This document shows, one piece after another, positions 1 to 14,214 of a DNA stretch of 64,000 bases. The stretch's first letter is position 1. Each line of letters begins with the position of its first letter. The stretch is from Cycas panzhihuaensis. Its lineage: Eukaryota; Plantae; Cycadophyta. Where the stretch lies: assembly GCA_023213395.1 (NCBI GenBank), contig CM041465.1, positions 95,239,741-95,303,740 on the forward strand. Direction: 5' to 3'. The notes beneath the pieces are model-generated. The model did no database searches, was not told the DNA's origin, and worked only from the letters and a program-made list of their open reading frames with translations. Position numbers and translations under genes: made by a program.

Positions 1-870
1 TTGTATGCGATCACAACCCTAAATTTACTAGCTCCTTTTGGTAAGAGCTATTCCGTGCATCAGGAACATCATTCAACATGAGTTCCGCATACCATCCATA
101 GACCAAGGTCCTTAAAAAAACTCTAGAGACCTACTTACGTTGCTTTGCATATAACCACCAGTCTAAATGGATATCAGGGCTAGCTCTAGCTGAGTATTGG
201 TACAACTCCTCACACCATTTAGCCATTAGAATGTCCCCATTTTTGGCTCTCTATAAGTATCCCCCACCGTCCCATCACACCTTAGCTTCCAACCTCCATA
301 CAATAACAATTCAACAAAAATTACAACATATGGACCAAATTCTCTACACCCTTAAACAAAACCTATCCATGGCCCAAAATCAAATGAAATAATTAGTAGA
401 TCGGCACCACTCTGATCGCTCCTTCAATATTGGGGATCTGGTATTTCTTCATTTCCAACCTTATAAGAAACAATCCCTTCGCCATCATAAGAATTATAAA
501 CTTAGCCCTCGTTATTATGACCCCTATAAAGTCCTTAAACGTATTGGTGAAGTTGCATATGCTCTCGACCTTTCCCCCACCATAAACATCCATAATGTTT
601 TTCATGTCTCTTGTCTTTGGAAGTGTCTAAGTAAAACCCATACTCCCCAGACAACCCTTCTAATTTTGGATGAAGATCAAACCTTGTCCATACCTCCAAA
701 ATATATCCTGGCTACCAGACAATGATGTCTCCAAAATCGGTCCATTTCAGAATATTTGATACAGTGGACAGGCTGCACCTCTAATGAAGCAACTTGGGAG
801 TCCATTGAGTTTTTCAAAAGGAACCCACATCTCACATGTCTTGAGGACTCGACATCTTAGGGGAGGGGAC
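1..870 (+). pseudogene. Ty3/gypsy chromovirus (Reina-like) integrase C-terminal half plus chromodomain, degenerate
   Basis: Manual + strand translation gives PKFTSSFW*ELFRASGTSFNMSSAYHP, LETYLRCF, LALAEYWYNSSHH, KLSPRYYDPYKVLKRIGEVAYALDL (GPY/F region), IHNVFHVSCL and chromodomain EYLIQW...EATWE. It ends in a purine tract AGGGGAGGGGAC (~859-870). Multiple stops. Confidence 0.9.
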
Positions 871-871
871 T

Positions 872-1241
872 TATTACATAACTTATCTAACTAAGTTATG
901 TAAACCACTATGGAACTTTGTGCATGTGTCGTATAGCGGGCCAATAGTATGCATAGGCACTGCCATCTAATAGAATGTAAGGCCGCCAATAGGATTACAT
1001 GTATAAGACCCTATTTTGTCTATATAAGGGTCATAAATTGTAAATGATGGTTATCTTGATAGAACATTTTTATAAAAATTGTGATGTAGTACTTTCTATA
1101 TTTTGGTGATTATTTAGCATTCTAGTGTTCCTCTGAAACTTTTGGTTAACTTGTTTACTCTATTGGATAAGAAGACGCTACTGCGATTGTCAAATTCTCT
1201 ACTATCTCAAGAGTATTAGCGAGAAGAAACGTCCCACTACA
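872..1241 (+). repeat. 3' LTR of the chromovirus element
   Basis: Starts right after the PPT (TATTAC, TG>TA decay), contains CCAAT and TATATAAGG, and ends ...CACTACA. Shares ccgc(c/t)aataggat...tatataagg...attgtaaa with the LTR at 60461-60879 (minus). Right end approximate. Confidence 0.65.
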
Positions 1242-2559
1242 TAATTAGTTGCAACCAGTAATATAAGAAAATAAAACTCTATAAGCATAAAATATAAGTA
1301 TAAATAATAGAATTAAGTAATTACATAAGGCTTGGAGTGAAAACATATTTATTAAACTTCTAAAGGAAGGACCTGCACTTAAAATTGAGAAAGTGATATA
1401 AAATATAGGAGTGGTTGCTAGGAGTTTATAGTTCATAATAGGCTTGGTAAATAAGTTATGTAAAGAAGAGGAGTACTTGACACTTTTGCTCAAGGATCTC
1501 ATCAAATGGAACTTTTAGTTTCTCGAGAAGGATCAAAAGGCATATTAAATTAATAGGCAAGGTTCTCTTAATCTATCAAAAGGAGCTATAAGAAGGTAAT
1601 AATTTTTGTAATCTTAATAATCAATTAGATATTGGTAACATTTAAGCTAGCCTAACCCATAATCCATTTATCCATAAATGATAATATATTCTAGATGCAA
1701 GGATGGAAAGGGGCAAGTAGGTGGCATAAGGGGTTAAGGAATTAGATAAAACACTATATCTTTTTGTGTTTAAAATTTCATATATTGCTCCCAATTTTGA
1801 TCCAAGTATATTAACAAATTAGGAGATTATTAATAAAAATATTTATTATGATATGGTAGCTAATAAGATAAATTTGGATTAATAGTAATTAAAATTTAGT
1901 TAAGAAGGTTGACTAAAGGAGTCAAAAGATAAATCATTAGCTTAGAAGGCCAATTGAGAAGTTTTGAAATATGTATTAGAAAGGTAGGACCAAAAGTTGA
2001 TACCATTTGAGGAATAAGTATACAAATTAGAAAGAGCTATTGAAATGGAAAATCTACACTTAATTCAAATTTTGCATAAGGAGATAGTGGAAAAAATGGG
2101 TACATCTTCATCAATTCTATCTTCATAGGAATGAAAGAGAGTTGTCTATTAAAGTTATCTCTACATATCTTATGATTATATATAATGGCATTAATAATCA
2201 AGTAATTAATTGCTAAAATAGAGGTAAACAATTAAACACATATATTTTGGCAGATGATCAATTATCATGCACATTACTAGTATATTTAAAATTTGAGATG
2301 GTGAGAAGAATGGAAGTAGTGGCTAACTAATTTCCCATAATCATATCTAACTCAACACTAATACTATTGATTTTCTCTGTAATAGATATTCAAAAAGAAA
2401 AAAGAAAAAGAGTATAAATGATGAGAGGATAAAAGAGAAAGCGTTTGGTTTGACTGCATTATATTTGATTCTTTTCTAGATGCTATAATTGTAGTGGGTA
2501 TATATGGTATGCCCAATGCATTGTTCTTTGTTCTTTTCTTTTTATTTTTCTTCATTAGC

Positions 2560-3290
2560 TTTTTTCTTAGTTGTATATTATATCTCATCATATTTTCTTA
2601 TATTTTCCCTCCTTACATTCTTTTCCTTTAAATATTTTTGAATATCTATTAATCCACTTTTCTTTCTTCTCAGTAGGTTGCATGTGCTTGTGGAGAAGAG
2701 GTTCCATTTATTCTCAATCCATTATGAAATTTGTCCAATGGTTTATTAGTGAATGATTTATTTTCTTCGAGGATCAGAGGCATACTTTGTATTATGTCCT
2801 CTACATATGAACAAATTCTTTCTTATACTTTCCTTAAAACCCATTATTGATGATCATGTAAATGCTAGCTTGAGATATCTAGTTATATTATATTTTTTTC
2901 ACATTAAGATGTTAAGGACATGTAATTTGTTGTTTTATTCCTTATGTTGGTGTTGATAAAAATTATTCTGAATGTTTAGCTAATGCTAATAGAGATGAGC
3001 TTATCATAACACCCACATTTTATCTTATTTCTCTCCCTTCTTATCTAAAACACTAATCCAACAAGAGTCATTTGCCTCACTAGTTCAATTTTAATTAATC
3101 AAGATTGTGAATAATATTACTATTAGAATCATATAGTGAATAGGATAGGGTATTTTAATCCATATAAATAAATTTCACCCATGAGTTGTGCACTTTCCTA
3201 TTGTTTACTTGTGAACATGTGGACCAATACATAAAAGGTAATTTGGACTAGCATTACGAATAATTAAAGTATCAACAACCTCCTACTCAA
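2560..3290 (-). repeat. Dispersed repeat C, copy 1 (most diverged)
   Basis: Aligns by eye to 15780-16815 and 41950-43015 (e.g. tttattc-tcaatccattatgaa; aaaggtaa-ttgga...aataatt-aagta-caac). Boundaries approximate. Confidence 0.65.
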
Positions 3291-3489
3291 ATATATCAAA
3301 TTTTAAAACTCAAAACCTAGTATAATACTTTGACTTTTGATATTATAAAAATCTCTAATGAGATCATGAAGCTCTTCAAGTTGATATTTAACATACCATC
3401 CTTCTCCAATGCATTTGCCACTTTTCCACCCCCTCCACCTTCTCTTCTTACACCTTTAGCATATCATTACTTACTCCATCAAAAAAATA

Positions 3490-4420
3490 CTATTTTAATT
3501 TTTAAATCCAACCTTAATAGTGATATTACACTAAGTTAGATCAATAAGTTAGAATCTTATTTCAACCTCAACCCTATGTCCCTTGATGAAAATCTCATAT
3601 TTACCTCTCTTCATATTGAAGGCAAAGCACATTATTGGTTCCATTGGTGGTAGTATGAAATCCCACCAACTAAATGTGGGACATTTTTTCTAAATACTTT
3701 TGTTGTCTAGCATGAAGACACCTAGAATAGATTCTTCTTCAATTAACTTACCCATCTTCAATAGTTAACATCAGCTGAAGTATACATAGAAGAGTTTCAA
3801 ACTACACAGAATTGAGTTTTTCAATCCATTGGTCAACATACTCTTATTGATTATATGTGTTTATTTTAAAGGATCACATCTAGATGTGACTTAAAGTGAT
3901 TCCTTTAATAACTCTATGACAAGCCATGTCCATTAGGTATGTAGAAAAATAGACCCATAATCATGGTAAACTGTGTAAAGCTTGATGCATGGTTTTCATT
4001 ATTGATCTTTTTTTTTTTTGTAGAAAAGCACTCAAACTTAGAGTAGGATATAAGTGATAACTCCCCTTATGAAGCCTTCCCTATCATTGAATCTTAAGTA
4101 TCATTGGCCACTCTCTCTTCTACCTTCTATCCCAAACTCCTCAAGTTCAAAGGTATACCACATAAAATTCTAACTATTCTTATTAATAGTGGTGCCTCAC
4201 TTAATTTTATTGATATCTCCCTTGATCAACAACTACATCTATATATTATTCTAAAAATTAATTTCACTTACTCCCTCCTTAGATACCAAGTGCTTTACTA
4301 TACATGAATCATCAAAAGCCTTTATATTTATATAGGGACATATTAATTAGTATTAATTTCTATGCTCTCTCCATTGGACGATCAGATGCCATCTTAAGAC
4401 TTTAATGACTCTAAACTTTA
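3490..4420 (+). pseudogene. Chromovirus-type gag and aspartic protease relic
   Basis: KLESYFNLNPMSLDENLIFTSLHIEGKAHYWFHWW (retrotransposon gag). ORF 4104-4307 contains ILINSGASLNFID, a degenerate LIDSGA(S/T)HNFI protease motif. Confidence 0.8.
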
Positions 4421-4844
4421 GGTATTTATAGTACCAATAAATCATCTACCAATCCATTTATATTTTTCAAAGATCATCTTGGGAATTCCTATAAGCTGCA
4501 TGGCATTTGGCCACTTCTTAGCTAGAAATACCAAAAGAATAACTTAGGATTTATAACCCATCTTAATAATATCAAAGTCCCTCCTTCATACATGATAACA
4601 ATCCATAATTTTTTATGTTATTCATAATGTCCTTCATACTTTCTATTTTAATAAATTTTATCTACTACTTCTTAAATATTTCTCCTAATTACCAATAAAA
4701 AATAAGGTATCACTCACTCCCCTGATAATATTTGAACTCAACACAATATCTCTAAGTTCCTAGTCTAAGCTACCAACTCTAAAATAGAAGCAATAGAATG
4801 AGAACTAGTAATAGAGTTTATCTATCAACTTCAACATGATCTCA

Positions 4845-5250
4845 ACTTTAAGGACTCAATATCTCAGTGGAGGGGATATATAATGTAAATATTCTAACTA
4901 TAGGACCTAACTAGTAGTATATGAAACTATATGACATGACAGTTAGTGCTAGCCTTTAACATATATGTGGGCCACTTATTTTACCTATAGTATTCATGTA
5001 GAGAGACCGCTCTTATTTATATAAAGCCTTATAGAAATAGAGCAAGGATTATTTTATATTTGAGTTATTATATATCTAGTATATTATGGTATCACATTAG
5101 CTTCCTTTAGTGCTCTAATTTGTATTTGGATCTCTTTTGGTAATAAAGGTTGATTTGTTGAATCTTTATTTTATTTATTATATCATTTAAGGTCTTTTCT
5201 TTTAATATTTATGGTGATTATTAGAACATGTTCATCCCATGCTTCTTGAG
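4845..5250 (+). repeat. Chromovirus 3' end (PPT) and probable LTR
   Basis: ctttaaggactcaatatctcagtggagggga resembles the cttgaggactcgacatcttaggggagggga terminus at ~840-870. It is followed by an LTR-like sequence with gagacc...tatataaag. Right boundary uncertain. Confidence 0.5.
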
Positions 5251-5807
5251 TTGACATGACTCTTCTATCAACCTTATGTTGCCTTTAGGTGCCTTTTATA
5301 CTAGAGACCTATTCTTCTATTTTCTATAATATTTCTAGGTTAATGTTATGTCTATCTTCTAGAATTTTCCAACTTAATGATGTACTACATATTTCTCTAT
5401 ACAAGGCTTTAAATAAACTCTTATTAATAGATGTAAGATAATTATTATTACAGGTAAACACTATTAGATATACATAGGCTTTTTGTTTAGATAGTTGCTC
5501 CATCATGCATATTTGTAACATGTCTTTAAGCACTTAATTAACTCATTCTATTTTTATGTGATAAGATATATTAAATTTCTTAAATAATTACCAAAATTTA
5601 TATGTAATTGTGTAAAACCTCACATATGTTCATTATATATACATCATTCTATATTTTATTCCTTTAAGTTTTACTTAATGTTCTAATAAAATACATCCCT
5701 CATTATAAAATGAGAGATTTCTAATTCCCTATTATGTGTGGGATATGCCTTAAAACATTTTGTATTCATAATTATGATATTTTATGTTAAGGGTCTAATT
5801 TCAGGTC

Positions 5808-5809
<2 letters not shown>

Positions 5810-5884
<75 letters not shown>
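5810..5884. repeat. (TA)n microsatellite
   Basis: Near-perfect TA run of ~75 bp. Confidence 0.98.
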
Positions 5885-5886
<2 letters not shown>

Positions 5887-6539
5887 AAAATATTTTAGGG
5901 GTCAAGTACCCAAAATTATGTATTTGTAATTAATAAAATTGAGTTAAATTGCTTAAGGAAAAATAAAAATAAATAGTAAAAGTATATTATATAAACAAGA
6001 AAAGAATTATTAGGGTAGAATGGAGGAATCTAGAAGTCATTATCCTTATGTCAGATTCCCTATGTTTAATGAACTATTTACTTATTAGTGTAGCTATAGT
6101 AATAAGATTATAGCTCACAACTACATATAAGAAATATTCCTTTTAGAATGGATCTTGAAGGGAAATTTATTGTAAATATTCCCTAACCACCTTAATTTCC
6201 TCTAATCACTTTGACCTTAAGGCAAACTAGTTAAGCCCTTACCAAAAATATAAAGGAGGTGGAGTATTTTAAGCTAATTATTATTATTTTTTTTTGAGAG
6301 GATTATGAGTGAAATTAGGGAGTTATGTAACTAGTGGGTTGCATATGCATTCTTTTAGAGAGAACTTCAAATACATGACTTATTCATGTGTATAAACGAG
6401 AGTGTATTGTACCTAGTTTTGAGTAATACCTTAGTGTTAAAGTCTTAAAAGGACCTATTCTGTGTATATAAATATTTACTTATGAGGAGGGGGTTCTATT
6501 TTTTCCAACTAGGAAATACTTAAAGCCAAGATAAACCCT

Positions 6540-7770
6540 AAAAGAAAATGATAAATTTAGGTCTTATAAGTAACATATTCATATGACTGATAAATATATT
6601 TGTAGAGTACAATAAATTATCTTTCATAAAGAATCTTTGAGGTCTTTTATTGCATTGATTTATTTTGTATATTCTCTCAAAATAAATGAATATATTTATT
6701 TATATTATTTCCTTTACTAAATCTATCAAATAGAGCATGTAAAATAAATCAAATAAGATATGTAATAATTCTCACCTATTATTTTCTTTAAAAGGTGCCT
6801 CTACTCGGTGATAAGTGAGTGCATGAGTATTTCTTCCATTTGTAATCTTCTTCTTCCTACAAAATAATATTAAAAAGAATGTTATTAAATACTTATTAAT
6901 GTTAGAATAAAATATATAAGGGTGATAGGGTGTTGCCTTATAATTGGGATAAGGCCATCTGAGTGCACTTAACAGTCACTTCGAAGTAATCTTTAAGAGA
7001 ATAAAATAAGAGGAATAAATAATTATATAAGAGTGAAGGAAAATAATCAATTAAATAATCAATTGTAAGAGACATAATTAAAAAAAAAAAAAATGAAAGA
7101 GAGAAAGAGAGAAAGAAAACTAATAAACTATATTATCAAAATATATTTGTCTAACTAATAAATATTACAAAAGCAATATTGACAAAATAATAAATAACAT
7201 AAAATATGCAATATAATATTATAGTTATACAATATAAATTATATAATAAATGTGTAATATAGTGTGTGTGTGATACCATAAAAGTATAATAATTAGCCTA
7301 TGATGATACCACAAGTGTTATTTAGAGGACCTATCATATGGTAAATTAATATCACAAAATAACAATATGAGGTTTGTAATGATACCATAAAAGGTCAATA
7401 GAAAAAGCATGGTATGACCTGAATAATATTATAGGAATAGAGAAATAAATTTATAGTATGGTTAGAAGATATATGCAATAGTCTATGTAAAACCAATAAT
7501 TACATTCAAAATCAAGGTAAAAAAATATAAAATAGATTATAATATGAGTAAAAAATAATAAAGAATACTCATATTGACTAAAATAAATTACTTAGAGGGG
7601 TACTAACTCATCTTTAACCTATATGATAATTAACTCAAGTGGGAACTTAATTTGTGTTTAACCCATATAAGTAAACATATAGGAATATGGACTTATATCA
7701 ACTTCAAAAAGTCACTTAGAGGAGCTAAATAAGAATACAAAATAAATAAAAGAGAAGTAAGTTGCCATAA
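6540..7770 (+). repeat. Dispersed repeat A, copy 1 (probably LTR/UTR of an old element)
   Basis: Collinear with ~58740-60460 (e.g. ttagaataaaatatataaggg; tgtgataccataaaagta; aaaataaattacttagag). Confidence 0.75.
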
Positions 7771-8010
7771 AAGAAATATTTCATAATGACTACCATGAGT
7801 ATTAAATCAACCAACAAATTTTCAGCTCCATAACATGAGAGTATTAAAGAAGATAGAACCCTTTTCTATAACTAATGAGTGAGCGTTATGTAATATATAT
7901 CAATAAATAAATAAATACTCAGTCTGATTAAACCATAAGATAAAATAATAAATAAATACATATAATCAAATGCAACATAAGTCAAATGAAAAGTAGCAAA
8001 TATGTATTTA

Positions 8011-8011
<1 letters not shown>

Positions 8012-8090
<79 letters not shown>
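8012..8090. repeat. Compound (GT)n(GA)n microsatellite
   Basis: Directly visible. Confidence 0.98.
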
Positions 8091-8094
<4 letters not shown>

Positions 8095-8248
8095 ACTTAA
8101 TGTTTCCAAAGTTAGGAAAAGGGGCCCAAAATTGAGGAAATAATTTGTCCCCTTAGAAATATAGCTCATATAATAAATAGTAAATGGTTCTAATGTTGTA
8201 TCTTATGCGTATATATATAATATTTATAATATTCTATATCTTGCTAAG

Positions 8249-11200
8249 TGTTAGGAAACACAAATGAAAGTAAAGGTCAATAACATCTTTCACATTAGGC
8301 AGATCGTAGCAAAAATCATGCACTTGGGACATCAAATTGCCATGGGAAACCCTTACGAGTAAAAGTCCATAATAATATTATTCATATTTTTGACAATCTA
8401 ATGTTATACATAGTTTGGACTTTGATATATATATATATTTATAGATCTAAAGTGCTTAAATATAATTACAATTACATCTATTGGCTCACTTATATCAAGA
8501 ATATTCGACCTATATATTAAATACATAAATAGGACTACTTTATATTAATCAATATATTAATATATTCCAACAACCCTTCTTAATATAAATGTGGGGTAAT
8601 AAGGTTTATCCTTGGGAATGGATCCCTTCTCAAGGATAACCTTACCTAATATGCATGAACATTGATGTAGTGATCTTCAGTTTGGGCTTGGCAAACATGT
8701 CCATAAGTCAATCTCTACTTGGATAAACTTTAACTTACATCTTTCTTAATATGATCTTCTCTTGGATATAATGGTGTTATGCCTCGTATGTACTTATTTT
8801 TTTGGATGTGACTCCAAAAATCCTTATAACCATACAACTCTCTTAGCACCTGACACTTTATCTATATAACTCATCCATAGTCCTTTGACCAAACTAAGAG
8901 GTTGATCGACTTGAGCCATGTGAATCTCTTCTTTAGGTCTCCATTAAGGAACACTGATATCTCATTCATTTAATATGATACCCAACTATTTGAAGATGTT
9001 CAAGTAAGGATCAAACATACTAATGTAAATGTCTTATCATATATTAATCCTACTTCTACATAAAATCTCCTATGCAACAAGTCTTTCCAACTTATAAATA
9101 GACCAAGATCTTGAGGGAGGAAAGAGACCCATATTACATATATTATTCTTCATTAATGCAACTCTCTATTGCAAATCTTCACCCATTGGAACATTGGTAT
9201 CTATCATAAGCTTTGACTGACATACTGATCCATGATCTTTAATTATCCTATAAGTCTTCAACCATCAATGGAACATGGGGTTGTAATCCATATCTACTTA
9301 ACCAATAGCTCCTCATCATCAATCTTCAACTAGGTCTTGCTTCCATCTTAAGCATAATGTCAAGTAATCAAACCTCCACATCTACTAAATAAAGACTCAT
9401 AAAAGTAAATAAATAAAGGATAAAACATATAATCAGATGACACTCATTATGATACATTATAAACTCTTCAATTAACATCTAGACTAATTACAATGCATTC
9501 CCCTACAAATCATTTTGTTTGTAAGCTAAACAACCCATAGTCTTCAAACTCTTACAATCCTACTGCTACAATCTTCATCTAAAATATGTGCACTCCAATG
9601 CACTGAAGGAATAAATAAAAGGATTTTAACTTAGTCCAAATATAACATGAGGGAAATATGCAATGAACAATCATAACAAGGGAACCCAATACCTATTTAC
9701 TATAACTTCTACCATAAATCTATGGGAGACAATCCATAATATGTACTAACCTCACCATCTACATCATGATACTCACTATAATGGAACTTTATAGGACAAC
9801 TGTATATACCATGATAAAAGCATCACTAATTTTAAGGCATCTTGTCTTAGACCTTTCTATTCACACTTGAAATTTCATAAAATACACTATCTTGATTCCA
9901 CATCAGACTTGTTCAAATATGGACCCATGTTGAACTAGCATCAAATAGGCCATAAACCTTCATGCTATCATCAGTACAACTATCAAAGTATAATGGTTAA
10001 TCATTAATTGACAACCACTTATATAAACAAATTCTAAACCTTGTATCACCTTATATGCATATGATGCAACAAAACTCAAATATAAAACTTAATGAACACA
10101 CTTATTTCATTGAATAATCACATATATATGAACTTTGTGCAATGATCTATGCCACACTAATAATAGTATTTATATCATTGGCAATTAAGGTATGTCACTG
10201 CTCTTGCCTTTCTTCACTAATTCATGCTTACTTCTCACCCTACCTATCAATTAGTGAACTTAACTACCTTGACACATGCCCATATTGCCCTCAAAGTCAC
10301 CCAATTAACTTGCCATGTACCTCACATGTAACAAGTATACCTTCACCTCATATTGCCATCTTTTCCCATAAACTCCCCCATGTAAAATATATGCTAGAGA
10401 GTATCAATTTACCTCACCAGCTCTCCTATGCAATCGCATGTAAGAGAATCAAAATATCGCCTCATGCCACCAATAAATATCTAGCTAAGTATTTAAAGAC
10501 ACTCATAAGCATCGCCATATCACAAAGTTACCTCATGTTGCCATACACACCTCTTTATTCAAAATAATAAACACCCATTTTCACAAAACATCATATTATC
10601 ACTAAGAGAAACAAGTGCGATAGAGCATGGAAAGCCCTAATTATTAAACTCTATCATCCTTAATTCCTTAAAGTCATTTAATCATCTTAATATGACATCA
10701 AAAATAGGGATTCTCAATAAAGGACATAATGTTATGTCATACCATTGATATTACTCTCCTTCATCAATAGGTGACTCAACAAAAGCATTTGGCCATTAAA
10801 TACATCAAATAACTTTTGATAAAAGGTCTCTTCATTGAATAAACAAATGATGGAATATTAGTATATCAAAGGTGAATTAAAATCAATGCACATTATTCAT
10901 AATATTAAAATAAAAAATATTGACATATCAATATTTATAAGGTCACAATGATTAGTAAGATCTAAAATGACTTTATAAAAATTGAATATTGATATGATAT
11001 ATAAAAATGGCAACTAAAATGTAAAGATATTATTTGAAATTAAATAATATCAATGGCTATGTGAATATATAGGTATCAAAGTTGATAAATGATGGCTAAA
11101 TATTTTAGATGATTAATTTACTCAACACAAGTAACAATGATTAAATCTTATAGGGTGATAGATTTATCAATCAACGAGCAGAAATATATCACACAGATTT

Positions 11201-11448
11201 AATAAATAGAGGTGACAGAGAAATATAACAAAAATGGGTAACTTCATTTATACATATGCATAGGGCTTATATATTTATCAAATACAATGGATAGATTGTG
11301 ATTAAATATATTAGCAATAGTATATGTATGACTAGAGGGATAATATGAATCCACAGATGAGCAATCATAAAAATGTGATTTACTATTACTCAAAATAGGC
11401 AGCCAGACTTACTCACATAATAGTGATATATAACAATAGGTGACGGCA

Positions 11449-11514
<66 letters not shown>

Positions 11515-12315
11515 TTTTCAAATCCTAAATTATTAAATAGGTAAATATATATTATGCATACCTCTGGTATATCATCATATTATTATCTCATGGCTCTACA
11601 ACTACTTTGGTAAAGTTCTACACTCTTCCACTAGTCTTATGACATCAATAAAGGTTTGGAAGTTATCTCCATGGCTTACAAACTTAGTGGCACCATTAAA
11701 CAAGGATCTGGCACATCCAATAGGTTCAAACATGCATTTATGGTTGACAATAGAGTAATCGGGGCTTTAAAACAACTTGAACTCATCCACACACGTCTAT
11801 GGAGTATTAAAATCCTATAAAAAATAAATCAAAGGATACCAAGAGCCAACAAAAATTATCTGCATCTCCATGATTGTTTTGTAGGTTCATCAGACATTCC
11901 AATCCTCAAAGGGCAAGTCATCATGACCTAGTAATGATGATAGGACCATTCGATAATAATACTCTGCTTATGCATGACCTACAAGCTCTAATACCATGTT
12001 AGGAAACATAAATAAAAGTAAAGGTTGATAGGATCTTTCACATCAGGTAGATCACAATAGAAGTCATGCACATAAGACATCAGATGGCCATGGGAAACCC
12101 TTATAGATGAAAACCCACAATAATATTATTCACTTTTTTTTACAATCTAATGTTATATATAGTTTAGACTTTGATCTATATTTATAGATCTAAAGTGCAC
12201 AAATATAATTACAATTATATTTGTCAGCTCACCCATATCGGGAATATTCTACCTATATATTAGGCATGTAAATAGGCCCACTTTATATTAATCAATATAT
12301 TAACATATTCCAACA
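8249..12315 (-). mobile_element. Non-autonomous/degenerate Ty1/copia LTR retrotransposon with short LTRs
   Basis: LTRs 8249-8572 and 11997-12315 (TGTT...CAACA). Perfect TSD CTAAG (8244-8248 / 12316-12320). iMet PBS at 11985-11996 (TGGTATTAGAGC on minus). PPT next to 8573. Copia RNase H-end relic (HYIQEKI...DMFAKP) at ~8680-8800 minus. Confidence 0.9.
11451..11518. repeat. (TA)n microsatellite plus poly-T inside the copia derivative
   Basis: Directly visible. Confidence 0.97.
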
Positions 12316-13019
12316 CTAAGGATTTATGTGAGTGTGTCATGTTAGAGATAAATTTAAAATGTTAGGTTTTACAATTTTGTGAGTGTATAGAAAATGAAAT
12401 TAACAACCCTACACTAATACAACATTACTAGTGTGGTTTTTTAATAATCTAAGTAATGACAAAAGGACCAATTTTCTTTAGCATTTCCCATATATATGAG
12501 TGAATAATATAATGAGAAATGTAATAATAATTTAAGACTTATGCTAGGAAGTATAATCTAATAGATATAGAAGCGTATGATAGTTAATTGATAAGGAATA
12601 CTATCTAGAGACATGGAATCTCAACATTCTAACTAAGATCCCCTCAAGGAAATGTATCAAAGAGTGTTGATTTCTTTAACTTATGCCATCTAACTATAAT
12701 AATCACTGATAATCAAGCTATGAATTCAATGATGACAATGTAAGGCTTATGAATTAACCACCACTAAACCTATTGGTCAAGATGATATATATGTATGAGA
12801 TTAAACAAGTCTATGGTTTAATGAATGATAATATAAGATGTGTAAACTAGTCACCATTGAACCTATAGAAGTGTTAATATATGTGTGCAGTCACTTAAAG
12901 GTTGGCAATTCAATGAAAATGTAAGATTCATAAGTTGGTCACCCTTAAACCTACAAGATATTGATGAATGCTATAGATTTTTTTTTTTTTTCTTTTTACC
13001 TTTCTTCTTTTCTTTTCTA

Positions 13020-13058
<39 letters not shown>

Positions 13059-13599
13059 AAGACATATCAAATCTTTTATAATAACTCAAGTTAATGATTC
13101 AACAAATGATGAATAAAGCTTAGAAATTAATCATTATTGGAACCATTTGATGAGTTATTATGAGAGTGTTAAATAAAAAACACCTTTAAGTACAAATGAA
13201 GAGAAATCAATCCACTCAAGGATGCATGCCCTTTAGAATATATTAGCTATATGAACATTTAACAAAACATGAGCTCAATAACTACCCTATTAAGCCAAAT
13301 TGTGAGAATTAAGGAGTGTGTAAACTAGATGTAAATTCCTAATGTCAATCAAGGGTATTGATATAAGAGAGTATGTGTAAAGAAATATTAAGGTATGACT
13401 AAATATTTGTAGCAATCCTATGTTATAGAGATCATGAATGATTACACTAGTAAGTGTAGTAAGAATAAGAAGTATCAAACTAATGTGTAAGTATAAGAGG
13501 ATAAAAGGTATTAAAGTAGGAGTGTGTGCTTAATTTATACTTATGGTAGAGTATGCATATGACTTACTTTATCTTATACTCTTTAGTAGCTAAATGTTT

Positions 13600-13780
13600 A
13601 GGGCCATAGTTTCTCCTAATTATGGAGATGAGCTATAATTTACAGTTGTTATAGAGTAGGCCATATTTTATACTCATTATAAAGTGAGCTATAGTTTATG
13701 CTCATTACAAAATGGGTTGTAATTTACATTCATTACAAAGTGTTCACGATTTATACTCATTGCAAAGTAGGCCACACATT
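13600..13780 (+). repeat. Degenerate ~28-bp tandem array (~6-7 units)
   Basis: Units resembling GGGCCATAATTTACACTCATTACAAAGT. Confidence 0.75.
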
Positions 13781-14214
13781 TGAATTTTAATTAGTTATTC
13801 TTTTCCCTTCACTAGTGATAGGAAGATCTTCTTTAGAAGAAATAACTTACTTTTTACTAGGCAAATAGCTATCCTCTTTAGAATATATAGAAAGGGCCTT
13901 AGATTTGAGTCATTGATTTAGAGAATTATTATTCTTATTATTTGCTTGTCTTTAAAATTATCTTCTTTTATTATTATTGTCGTTGTAAGTGAATTGACCC
14001 AAGGTAGGCCTAGATTGGGTTTGCATATAACCTTGGAACTTTCTTACAAAGAGTTTAATGCTCATCATTGAAATGACTCTTTATTATATAAAGAGTACAC
14101 GAAGGACATATAACTCCTTAGAGTATAACATAAAAGATTAAAAGACTACATAATAATAATAATGGAGTAAATAATATAAGTAAAAGTTGATTTTTATAAT
14201 GGATATATAAATAA

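Noticed and set aside
1250-2330. Possible minus-strand chromovirus fragments
   Set aside because: Too degenerate to support from manual translation.
10142-10567. 141-aa ORF inside the copia derivative
   Set aside because: Low-complexity, internally repetitive DNA with no recognisable domain.
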